Below, in pieces: positions 39,909-49,496 of a DNA stretch of 64,000 nt. Position numbers and translations under genes: made by a program. This stretch comes from Terriglobia bacterium. GTDB lineage: Bacteria > Acidobacteriota > Terriglobia > JAJPHL01 > JAPKYU01. The number at the start of each line of letters is the position of its first letter. The first letter of the stretch is position 1. The stretch covers positions 32,001-96,000 of the forward strand of contig CBDCVK010000005.1 of the NCBI GenBank assembly GCA_965223005.1, in the 5' to 3' direction. The notes under the pieces were generated by a model. It worked only from the letters and a program-made list of their open reading frames with translations. It did no database searches and was not told the origin of the DNA.

Positions 39909-41267
39909 TCAGCCGCCACCCTTCTGCAGATACAGCGTGCAAATCACGACCGCGAGTATGATGACGCTGCAGATCCACGAGATGACTCGCACCTGCGACC
40001 CGGGAGCCAGACCTTGCCGGCCGCGCTTATGAAACAGATAGATCACTGAAAATCCCAGCAGCGGAAGAAACACAGCGTGCAGGATCCCGCCAAACAGGAT
40101 CAGACCCACCGGTGTCTGGAGGAAAAGGAACGCCAGCAGGAAAACTGCGGCCAGAGAGATGGAGAGCCACCTGCACGACCGGTCCCACTGAGCAGGATCG
40201 GTCGCCGAGATCAGGCCGAGCTTCTTAGAGAAGTCGGCACTGAAGCGCGCCCAGGACGCGCAGGCGGCGACAAAGGTGGAATACAGGACCAAAAAGGCGC
40301 CCGTCATGAAGATCACGAAGCTCCACTGCCCGAAGGACTCCGTGAAAATCTTTGAGAGCGCCAGAGCAACGTCCAGGCCTTCCAGGTTCGCTGCATCGGG
40401 TTGGGTGCGGTGCAAAATGGCCGCCCCCAGCAGATAAAACACAATCGTGATCAGAGTGTAGGTGGCCGCAGAGACCATGATGTCTCTCCGCATAACGGCA
40501 ATCCAGCCCCGCGCGCGCTCCCGCCACTCCGGAGTTTCCTCGGGCGGCCCGATGTAACGGCCGTAGCCTTTTTCCAGACACCAATAGGTGTAAAAGATGA
40601 TTTCCGGCGCGGCGATGCCGGTGATGCCGAATGCGGAGAGCGCGATGTACATGCTTGCTGAGGGCAGTTCAAACCGCAGCCCGGAAATCAGTTCCGACCA
40701 GCGAATGGCTAGCTGCGTGCTCTGCGTCAACGCTAGAGCTACGCACATCGATAACGAGAACAACGCGACCATCGAAATGAACAGTTTTTCGATCCTGGCG
40801 TAGGTGCCGAACCACAGGAATAGGATGGTAAGAGCGGTGAGCGCCAGGGCCCAGAAGGAGACGCTTCCCACTCCGGTCGCAAGTGCCGCCGTGGTCGCTG
40901 CCATCCCAACCACACCGGCTGCTGGCAAAATATTGAGGATGAAATAAAGGAACAGTAGCCAGGTCCACAACGAGAGCCCGCGCACCCGTGGGCCGGGAAG
41001 AAAGGAAGTGGCGTCGAGCAGGGTGCCCCCTGAGGTGATCACGTAGTAGGCCCATTGCTCTTGAATGATCACCTTGACTAGGCATGAAACGATGACCAAC
41101 CAAAGGACGACAAATCCTACCTTGGCGCCGAGCAGGGTGGTCGTTACGAGTTCGCCGGAGCCGACGATTGTTCCAACGATAATCACGCCAGGCCCGATTG
41201 AGCGCAGCGAATTCAGCCATCCGGTGGGTGGGTACTTGACGAACGGCTGCCCACCCGGTAACGCCAT
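39909..41267 (-). CDS. Nramp-like divalent metal/solute transporter
   Basis: IGPG.I.VG.IVGSGEL, FGITG.AA.E..FYTYWCLEKGY; ~11 TM segments. Confidence 0.82.
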   Translation of the reverse strand: MALPGGQPFVKYPPTGWLNSLRSIGPGVIIVGTIVGSGELVTTTLLGAKVGFVVLWLVIVSCLVKVIIQEQWAYYVITSGGTLLDATSFLPGPRVRGLSLWTWLLFLYFILNILPAAGVVGMAATTAALATGVGSVSFWALALTALTILFLWFGTYARIEKLFISMVALFSLSMCVALALTQSTQLAIRWSELISGLRFELPSASMYIALSAFGITGIAAPEIIFYTYWCLEKGYGRYIGPPEETPEWRERARGWIAVMRRDIMVSAATYTLITIVFYLLGAAILHRTQPDAANLEGLDVALALSKIFTESFGQWSFVIFMTGAFLVLYSTFVAACASWARFSADFSKKLGLISATDPAQWDRSCRWLSISLAAVFLLAFLFLQTPVGLILFGGILHAVFLPLLGFSVIYLFHKRGRQGLAPGSQVRVISWICSVIILAVVICTLYLQKGGG

Positions 41268-41880
41268 GCTCCTGACTTCCCTGTCTTTCTCGCAGAAGAT
41301 TCTTCCGGGGGCACTTTCCGCGAAAGGCAATACGAGTCTCAGGCTTCGAGCAGCGGCCCAACTATCGTGCGCTCGCTACCTCTGCCCAGCCTTGTGGCTG
41401 CACGAAAGCTTCCCTTGGCCCAGGCCAAAGGTTAAAGATTAGAGAAAGAGAATGTAGCAAACGCGCTGTCTTTCTTGCAGAGCTCCTGCGTGTCGCGAAT
41501 CGCACTTAAGATGACTGGCCTGCGTCGACGGACCTTCCTGGACTGACAATCGGTATTGTAGGCGCGCTTAGAGAGAAAGCGGTAGTCCAAGAGTCCGGCA
41601 CCCTAGGCTCACCCTCCGGCGCGCTGTTAGGCGCTGAGCTTATAATCAACGAGGTTCCCTTGGAACGTCTGCCTGGAGCCTTTCGGGGTAAAGAGACTTG
41701 AATAGCGCATCCGAGAAAGGGAAGATTATGCAGTGGACCCGCCGTCTACGGAGAGGCCGGAGAGGAGTCGCTGAGCGAAGATGCATTGCGCCCTGTTCTC
41801 TCATATGCAGGCAAACAGCCTAAGGGTCTGCCCTGCAACGAGGCCATAGGAGAGGCCGCGTCTACGTCAGGAAAGCACTG

Positions 41881-42516
41881 ATGGATATTCATGATCTTTA
41901 CCAACCGTTTCTGCGTTATTTCCGCAGCAGAAGGATGCGACATTTTCAAGAACTGTTTTCTGCAAATATGAATACGACCATTCTCGATGTGGGCGGAACA
42001 GGCTTCAATTGGTCCCTTCTCCCAATCTCTCCGCGACTCACAACTTTGAACCTTCCAGGGCAGATTGAGGAGGCGGATGCGAGTGTGATCGCAGATGGCC
42101 GATGTTTGCCTTTTAAAGACAGGGCTTTTGACATCGTGTTCAGCAACTCGGTGATCGAGCATCTTGGAGACTCAGCCAGTCAGGAGGCGTTTGCCCGAGA
42201 GATTGCTCGCGTTGGCCTTGGCTACCATGTCCAGACGCCGAATCGCTTGTTCCCGTTTGAACCCCATCTCCTTACTCCTTTCGTTCATTATTTGCCCAAA
42301 AAGTGGCAGCTGCGTCTTCTGCGCAATTTCACTGTCCTGGGATGGGTCACCAGACCTACGCCAGAATATTGCCAAGAGTTCATCAAGGAGATTCGGCTTT
42401 TGGACTACACCCAGATGGCTTGTATGTTTCCGGGAGCGCAGATTTACAGGGAGCGATTCTTGGGGCTCACCAAATCCCTGACTGCAGTCAAACCCCCCGA
42501 TGAGCAAGGTGGTTGA
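41881..42516 (+). CDS. Class I SAM-dependent methyltransferase
   Basis: ILDVGG, DG..LPF.D..FDIVFSNSVIEH, VQTPN..FP.EPH. Confidence 0.9.
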   Translation: MDIHDLYQPFLRYFRSRRMRHFQELFSANMNTTILDVGGTGFNWSLLPISPRLTTLNLPGQIEEADASVIADGRCLPFKDRAFDIVFSNSVIEHLGDSASQEAFAREIARVGLGYHVQTPNRLFPFEPHLLTPFVHYLPKKWQLRLLRNFTVLGWVTRPTPEYCQEFIKEIRLLDYTQMACMFPGAQIYRERFLGLTKSLTAVKPPDEQGG

Positions 42517-42537
42517 TGAAGTTCACTGGCCTCTGAC

Positions 42538-42624
42538 GCAGCTATCCTGGATGCCTCGTTCCAACTGGTGACGGCGCAGAACCCGGTGCGTGCAGGAGAC
42601 ACGCTGCAGATCTTCTGCACCGGC
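42538..42624 (+). pseudogene. Fragment of a TIGR03437 (Solibacter C-terminal) domain gene
   Basis: Translates AAILDASFQLVTAQNPVRAGDTLQIFCTG with no start or RBS. Confidence 0.55.
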
Positions 42625-42697
42625 CGTTCAGCGTGGGCACATTTGTGGCACAGACAGAAAAAGGAGCCGTAATCAATTGAGCAGAAAAGGGGAAAGC

Positions 42698-42784
42698 TGG
42701 TGCGGAGAGGGGGATTTGAACCCCCACGAGGTTGCCCTCGCCAGCCCCTCAAGCTGGTGCGTCTGCCAGTTCCGCCACCTCCGC
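42698..42784 (-). tRNA. tRNA-Leu(GAG)
   Basis: GCGGAG...CTCCGC-ACCA acceptor; anticodon arm CCAGC-TTGAGGG-GCTGG; long variable arm; GGTTCAAATCC T-loop. Confidence 0.97.
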
Positions 42785-42803
42785 ACTTGAAGGATTCGGC
42801 CCG

Positions 42804-42812
42804 ATTATACCA
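42804..42812 (-). promoter_or_regulatory. Extended -10 promoter of tRNA-Leu
   Basis: TGgTATAAT about 20 nt upstream of the tRNA. Confidence 0.6.
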
Positions 42813-42900
42813 AAAGCCCTAGACGAGCAGCGGAAACCCTCCTTGCCCGCTTGGTGGAGGCCTCTGGCGTTACTTTGGCGGCGGCGCAGGCGTTGCCGGG

Positions 42901-43254
42901 CTACTGCGGCTGGGGTTGCGGTTGCGGCTGAACCGGCGCCGCGGGTTGGGGCGCTTGTTCCGAGCCGGCCGGTTCGGTCGTTTCTTCCTGCGCGCTCTCT
43001 TCCAGCACTGAGCCTGGGCCGACCCGTTGCGTGGCCATGATAGTCAGCGTCAGAGAAGTCAGCATGAAGAGGATGGCACAGGCGGTGGTTGCCTTGGAAA
43101 GCAGAGTGGCGGCGCCGCGTGGCCCAAAGGCCGTCTGGCTGCCCATGCCGCCGAAGGCGCCGGCCAAGTCGGCCGCCTTCCCGCTTTGCAGCAGCACCGC
43201 CAGAATCAGCACCAGGCAAACCAGCACGTGAAGGATGATCAGAAAGGTATACAT
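42901..43254 (-). CDS. secG: Preprotein translocase subunit SecG
   Basis: VLLQSGKAADLAGAFGG.GSQ; downstream of tpiA, upstream of tRNA-Leu (conserved order). Confidence 0.96.
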   Translation of the reverse strand: MYTFLIILHVLVCLVLILAVLLQSGKAADLAGAFGGMGSQTAFGPRGAATLLSKATTACAILFMLTSLTLTIMATQRVGPGSVLEESAQEETTEPAGSEQAPQPAAPVQPQPQPQPQ

Positions 43255-43278
43255 CGTGTTTGGGTCCAGGCCTTCGCT

Positions 43279-44028
43279 TTAGAAATTCACAATTGCCGCA
43301 AACGACTTTGCCTCCAGACTCGCACCTCCTACCAGCGCTCCATCAATGTCGGTCTGGGCCATCAAGCCCTTGATGTTGTCCGGCTTGACGCTGCCGCCGT
43401 AGAGGATGCGCTGGCGGTCTGCCACCTCCCGGCCAAAACCGGCTGCCACCACGGAACGAATGAACCCGTGCGCCTTCTGAGCGATTTCCGGCGTGGCCGT
43501 CCGCCCGGTGCCGATGGCCCACACCGGCTCGTACGCGATAATTATACGGGCAAGTTCGGCAACGGTCAAACCATCCAGGCCCTTTTCACCCTGTTGCTTG
43601 AGCACTGCTTCGGTCCGGCCCGCCTCGCGTTCCTTCAGTAGCTCACCGATGCAGACGATGGCTTCCAGCTCCGCCTCCAATGCGGTACGAATTTTCTTGT
43701 TCACTGTCTGATCCGTCTCCCCGAAGTATTGGCGCCGTTCCGAGTGCCCAATAATGGCGAAGCGGCAGCCAGCTTCGGCCAGCATCGGTGCGGAGACCTG
43801 CCCAGTAAAGGCGCCCTGCTTTTCCCAGTAAATGTCCTGCCCCGAGATGCCCACACGGGAGCCGCGGGCTAGCTCCACCGCTGTTCCGATAGCGGTAAAC
43901 GGCGGGGCGATGGCAATCTCGGAATGGGTGGAATTGGCCACCAGGGGCAGGAACTCGAGGAAAAACTGCTTGGTCTCAGCGAGCGTCTTGTACATTTTCC
44001 AATTGCCGGCGATCAGGGGAACGCGCAT
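43279..44028 (-). CDS. tpiA: Triose-phosphate isomerase
   Basis: AGNWKM, GHSERR, AYEPVWAIGTG, YGGSVK, GALVGGASL. Confidence 0.98.
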   Translation of the reverse strand: MRVPLIAGNWKMYKTLAETKQFFLEFLPLVANSTHSEIAIAPPFTAIGTAVELARGSRVGISGQDIYWEKQGAFTGQVSAPMLAEAGCRFAIIGHSERRQYFGETDQTVNKKIRTALEAELEAIVCIGELLKEREAGRTEAVLKQQGEKGLDGLTVAELARIIIAYEPVWAIGTGRTATPEIAQKAHGFIRSVVAAGFGREVADRQRILYGGSVKPDNIKGLMAQTDIDGALVGGASLEAKSFAAIVNF

Positions 44029-44187
44029 CAGTCGGGTCACCTCCTCAAGAAAACTGGTCCCGCAGTCCAGTTGCACCCGGATTCTCCACGATCCCGCAGA
44101 TGTTGAGCGCGATCAGGATCACCCGCTCGAATCGTGGCATAATCGGCACGTGTGTCAATGTAGCACGTTGCGGAACCGAGGTGCTCG

Positions 44188-45093
44188 ATGAACGTGTTCC
44201 TGACTGGCGCCACCGGCTTCGTCGGGAGCCACCTGGTGAAAGGGCTACTGGCCGCCGGCCACAGAGTGCGCGCACTGGAGCGCTCGATGGGCAAGGCCAG
44301 GACCAGTGCGCCCGGCATCGAATATGTCCCCGGCGACATTCTGCAGGCAGCCTCCCTGCGGGACGTGATGCCAGGTTGCGACGCCGTCATCCACCTGGTA
44401 GGGACTATCGCCGAGGCGAAGGGAGCCACGTTCGAGCGCGTCCACCACGAGGGCACCCGCAAGGTGGTGGCTGTGGCGAAAGCCAGCCGCATCCGTCGCT
44501 TCGTTCACATGAGCGCGCTGGGCACGCGCCCCAACGCGGTCGCCGCCTACCACAAGACCAAGTGGAAAGGGGAAGAGGCGGTCCGGGCGTGCGGCATCCC
44601 TTGGGTCATTCTGCGCCCTTCCATAATTTACGGGCCAGGGATTTACGGTCCCGACGACGGCTTCACCACCCACATGCTCGAACTGATGCGCAAAGCGCCG
44701 CGGCGGCCTATCGTTGGTAGCGGACAGTACCCGGTTCAGCCCATATACATCGAGGACGTGGTGGATTGCTTCGTCCAATCGCTCACCAACGACGCGGCGC
44801 TAGGACGCGAAGTGGCCCTAGCGGGGCCACGGGCCATGCCGATTGAGGAGATGCTGGACGCACTGGCCGACGCAGCCAGCATCCGAAAGGGGAAAATTCA
44901 CCTGCCCTTTTGGTTGATGTACGCCAACGCCGCGCTTCTGGAAGCCTTCCTTCCCTTCCCGCCGGTGACCCGCAACCAGTTGACGATGATGCGAGAGGGC
45001 TCCACTTGCGACACCGCCCCGATGCTCACGACCTTCCGTATGAAGCACTGGACGCTGGAGGAAGGCTTGAAGCAAATGAAGTTTGAGGCATAA
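44188..45093 (+). CDS. NDUFA9-like atypical SDR / NAD-dependent epimerase
   Basis: TGATGFVG, HMSALG, YHKTKW, LRPS.IYGP, QPIYIEDV. Confidence 0.9.
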   Translation: MNVFLTGATGFVGSHLVKGLLAAGHRVRALERSMGKARTSAPGIEYVPGDILQAASLRDVMPGCDAVIHLVGTIAEAKGATFERVHHEGTRKVVAVAKASRIRRFVHMSALGTRPNAVAAYHKTKWKGEEAVRACGIPWVILRPSIIYGPGIYGPDDGFTTHMLELMRKAPRRPIVGSGQYPVQPIYIEDVVDCFVQSLTNDAALGREVALAGPRAMPIEEMLDALADAASIRKGKIHLPFWLMYANAALLEAFLPFPPVTRNQLTMMREGSTCDTAPMLTTFRMKHWTLEEGLKQMKFEA

Positions 45094-45132
45094 GGGCTGG
45101 CAGCTTGTGGCTTGTGGTAGGCTTGGGGTGCG

Positions 45133-46044
45133 ATGCCGCTGCCGGCCACGATCAAGATTGGGACCGCCGGCTGGTCCTACGCCGACTGGGTGGGCCCTGT
45201 TTATCCGCGCTTCCGACATCCTGGCTTCCACCAGGCGGCCTACTTGGCCCAGTACTTCGATACTCTGGAAATCAACACTTCCTTCTATCGGCCCGTCCGC
45301 CCTGAGCACGCCCGGCTGTGGGCCCTGCGCGTGGCTTACAACCAGCGCTTCCTGTTCACTGCCAAACTCCACCGCTCCTTCACCCACGACGGCAATGCCG
45401 GCCCCGAAGAGGAGCGAGCATTCCGGGCCATGGCCGACGTGCTGATGGAGTCGGGGCGATTAGGGGCGGTGCTGGCCCAATTCCCCTGGTCCTTCAAGCA
45501 CACGGTGGAGAACCGGGCCTATGTGGGCGCGCTGCTGGAACGCCTCCGCGACTACCCGATGGTGGTGGAGATGCGGCACGGCGACTGGCTCTCCCGACCC
45601 TTCCTGGAACTCTTGAACGAACACGGCGCCGGCTTCTGCAATATTGACCAACCCACGCTGTCCCACGGCATGGGCCCCAGCGCCGTGCTCGCGGGCCGAA
45701 TTGGCTACATCCGCTTTCACGGGCGCAATTATCAGTCCTGGTTCGCCAATGGCGAAACCGAGTCGCGGCATGAGCGCTACAATTATCTCTACTCACCGGA
45801 AGAGATGGAGCCGTGGCGAAAGCGGATCCAGCAGGTGGCCGCCGGCGCGCATACCACTTACGTCATTACCAACAACCACTACCAGGGAAAGGCAGCCGCC
45901 AACGCCCTGCAACTGATCAGCATCCTGCTAGGCAAGCCGGTCGAGGCGCCAGCAACTTTGGTTGAAGTCTACCCGGAACTGGAGTCGTTTGTCGAGACGG
46001 AGCTTCCCGCCCAACAGGCCCTATTCGCAGCCCCCCATTTGTAG
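45133..46044 (+). CDS. DUF72 protein
   Basis: GTAGWSY.DW.G..YP, EINTSFY, QFPWSF, VEMRH, YIRFHGRN, NNHY.G.A..NA. Confidence 0.93.
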   Translation: MPLPATIKIGTAGWSYADWVGPVYPRFRHPGFHQAAYLAQYFDTLEINTSFYRPVRPEHARLWALRVAYNQRFLFTAKLHRSFTHDGNAGPEEERAFRAMADVLMESGRLGAVLAQFPWSFKHTVENRAYVGALLERLRDYPMVVEMRHGDWLSRPFLELLNEHGAGFCNIDQPTLSHGMGPSAVLAGRIGYIRFHGRNYQSWFANGETESRHERYNYLYSPEEMEPWRKRIQQVAAGAHTTYVITNNHYQGKAAANALQLISILLGKPVEAPATLVEVYPELESFVETELPAQQALFAAPHL

Positions 46045-46200
46045 CCAGCGCGGGGGGCGTAGCGTTTCGAAATACAACCAATTTCCCATTTTGGAATAGT
46101 CCTGCCTAACCACGGCCTGGTCTCGCACGAATTTTAAAAGAGTTGCAAGCATGTCACGGCGGCGGCAATCGGCTAGCGAAGTGCCTAACTCAAGGCTGTC

Positions 46201-46665
46201 ATGCGCGCGAGAAGCTGGGCCGCTTTTGCAGTGCTGAGCGTCGTCATCCTGGTGTACTCGACCGATTTCCTCACTGGAGAAAGCGCTTATTTGGCAATGG
46301 TGGAATCCCTTTCGGGGAAGCCGGTCGACGTCGAGGACGACCTCACCCTCTTCGGGCACACCGTTTTTCGCAAGAGCAATCATGTCGTGGCCTTTTTCTT
46401 GCTGGGGCTGAGTACGATTCCCTTCAGAAAAGTGGCCCGCGACGCTCGCCGCCTCGCTGTTTTCTGTTGCGCCAGCGTCGCGCTGGCCTCCGAGACGATC
46501 CAGGTATTTTCTGTGTTTCGCCATCCGGCGGCGTACGACGTGGCTCTGAATCTGGCCGCCGCGCTGCTCGGGCTTTGGCTGGTGTTTCACCCGCCCCGCT
46601 TTCTGCGCACGGTGTCCAGAGATAACTTCCCGCTCGCGCGCCTCCGGGCACACCCCACTCGCTAG
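46201..46665 (+). CDS. VanZ-like membrane protein
   Basis: RK.NH...F, SE.IQ.F...R......DV..N. Confidence 0.7.
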   Translation: MRARSWAAFAVLSVVILVYSTDFLTGESAYLAMVESLSGKPVDVEDDLTLFGHTVFRKSNHVVAFFLLGLSTIPFRKVARDARRLAVFCCASVALASETIQVFSVFRHPAAYDVALNLAAALLGLWLVFHPPRFLRTVSRDNFPLARLRAHPTR

Positions 46666-46698
46666 CAACGTGTCCGGCATCTCCCTTGCTACTGGCTT

Positions 46699-46720
46699 GT
46701 AGCGCCGCCGTCCCGGCGGC
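46699..46720 (+). repeat. GTAG-type REP-like hairpin
   Basis: GTAG-C-GCCGCCG-TCC-CGGCGGC between convergent genes. Confidence 0.5.
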
Positions 46721-46739
46721 CCGGTGCGGAATACATCTT

Positions 46740-46765
46740 CAGCCGGGCACAGCAGCCGGGCACAG
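46740..46765 (+). repeat. Perfect 13-bp tandem duplication CAGCCGGGCACAG
   Basis: Read directly just past the ino1 stop. Confidence 0.8.
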
Positions 46766-46767
46766 CA

Positions 46768-48099
<1,332 letters not shown>

Positions 48100-48317
48100 A
48101 ACAGACTCCAAATTCGAACCTGCGCCCCTATCATGGGCGATTGTCGCCGGTTTGGGCAAGGTTTTTGATACGCCTCCCGGCCCCTCCGCCGGCGGGCCGC
48201 GCCCACTCTCCGGCCGGCAGTTACCTCACCCGTTCCCATAGTCAGTCCAGACGGGCTGATGGTAGAATGGCGGCGACTTCGGCGCGGCGGGCAAGCGCGT
48301 CGGGCACGAGGTGCGAA

Positions 48318-49496
48318 ATGCAATGTTCTGTCGCGACAAGGACCGCCTTCTCCCACGCTCTGTGGCTGCTTCTGGTACTCGGGACCGTACAGGCGGCCCA
48401 CGGTCAAGGTTCCCTCCAGGTGCGGGATCCGCTGCCGGTCCCTGACCTTCCCGGCTACAAAACACTGAAGGGCGACTTCCACATCCATACCGTTTTCTCC
48501 GATGGCCAGGTGTGGCCGACCGTGCGGGTCATCGAGGCCTGGCGCGACGGTCTGGATGTGATCGGGCTGACGGACCACGTCGACTCCCATATCCACGCCG
48601 GAGACGTAAAGGTGGACGGCACCCGCTCCGATGCTCTGGCCCGTCCGCTGGCCGACGAATTGGGCCTGATCCTGATCCAGGGCCTAGAAATCACCAAGAC
48701 GCAGCCGCACGGGCCGACGCACTTCAACGCCCTGTTCGTCACCGACCCCAATGCCCTGAATGTACCCGACCTATTCGAGGCACTGCGTCGGGCGCGCGCT
48801 CAGGACGCCTTCGTTTTCTGGAACCATCCCGAGTCTGGCGTCGCAAAACCGGAGTGGTTCCCACCTGTCGCGGCCGCCCACCAGGAAAAGCTGTTTCAGG
48901 GCATGGAACTGGTGAATGGGACCAATTTCTATGCCGGGGCCTATCCGTGGATTGAAGAGAAGAAACTGACGATTATTAGCACCAGTGACAGCCACGATCC
49001 AATGCCGCCCCGCATCGTGAGTGGGATCCGACCCATCACTCTGCTGTTTGTGCGCACGGCCGATGCTGCTGGCGTCCGCGAGGCGCTGCTGGCCCGCCGC
49101 ACAGTGGCCTGGATGGGTGGTCAGCTCTGGGGCGCGGAGTCCTTCCTGCGCGGGCTTTGGCAAGCCGCGGTGACGGTGGAGAACCCTGAGCTGAACTATC
49201 GCGGTCGCGGCACTTACCTGGCCCTCCGCATCCGCAACAACTCCGCCATCGGCTTCCGTCTTCGCGTCCGGCAGGCGCCTGACTGGTTCAACCTCCACAC
49301 CAACCTGATTCCCGCCGGCACTTCGGTGTTCTTCCCGTACCTTGCCCGCGGGGCACCCGAAGGCACCCATCGCTTCGAATTGGAGTTGGAACTCACCAAC
49401 ATACACACTGGCCCGGGACGCAACCTGGTGGTGCGCATGCCTCTCAGTGTGAACATCGGCCGTGAGGCAGCGCGGACCCTAGTAGGACCCCGCTAG
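48318..49496 (+). CDS. Secreted PHP-domain phosphoesterase
   Basis: Signal peptide; GDFHIHTVFSDG, TDH, HFNALF, WNHP, SDSH. Confidence 0.88.
   Translation: MQCSVATRTAFSHALWLLLVLGTVQAAHGQGSLQVRDPLPVPDLPGYKTLKGDFHIHTVFSDGQVWPTVRVIEAWRDGLDVIGLTDHVDSHIHAGDVKVDGTRSDALARPLADELGLILIQGLEITKTQPHGPTHFNALFVTDPNALNVPDLFEALRRARAQDAFVFWNHPESGVAKPEWFPPVAAAHQEKLFQGMELVNGTNFYAGAYPWIEEKKLTIISTSDSHDPMPPRIVSGIRPITLLFVRTADAAGVREALLARRTVAWMGGQLWGAESFLRGLWQAAVTVENPELNYRGRGTYLALRIRNNSAIGFRLRVRQAPDWFNLHTNLIPAGTSVFFPYLARGAPEGTHRFELELELTNIHTGPGRNLVVRMPLSVNIGREAARTLVGPR

Noticed and set aside
41440-41880. Possible ncRNA/riboswitch in a long intergenic region with reshuffled CGTCTACG and GGAGAGGCCG words
   Set aside because: No recognisable family or convincing fold; would need an Infernal/Rfam search
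42514-42624. Read-through from the methyltransferase into the in-frame TIGR03437 fragment
   Set aside because: Two consecutive TGA stops, the methyltransferase is complete and the fragment is truncated
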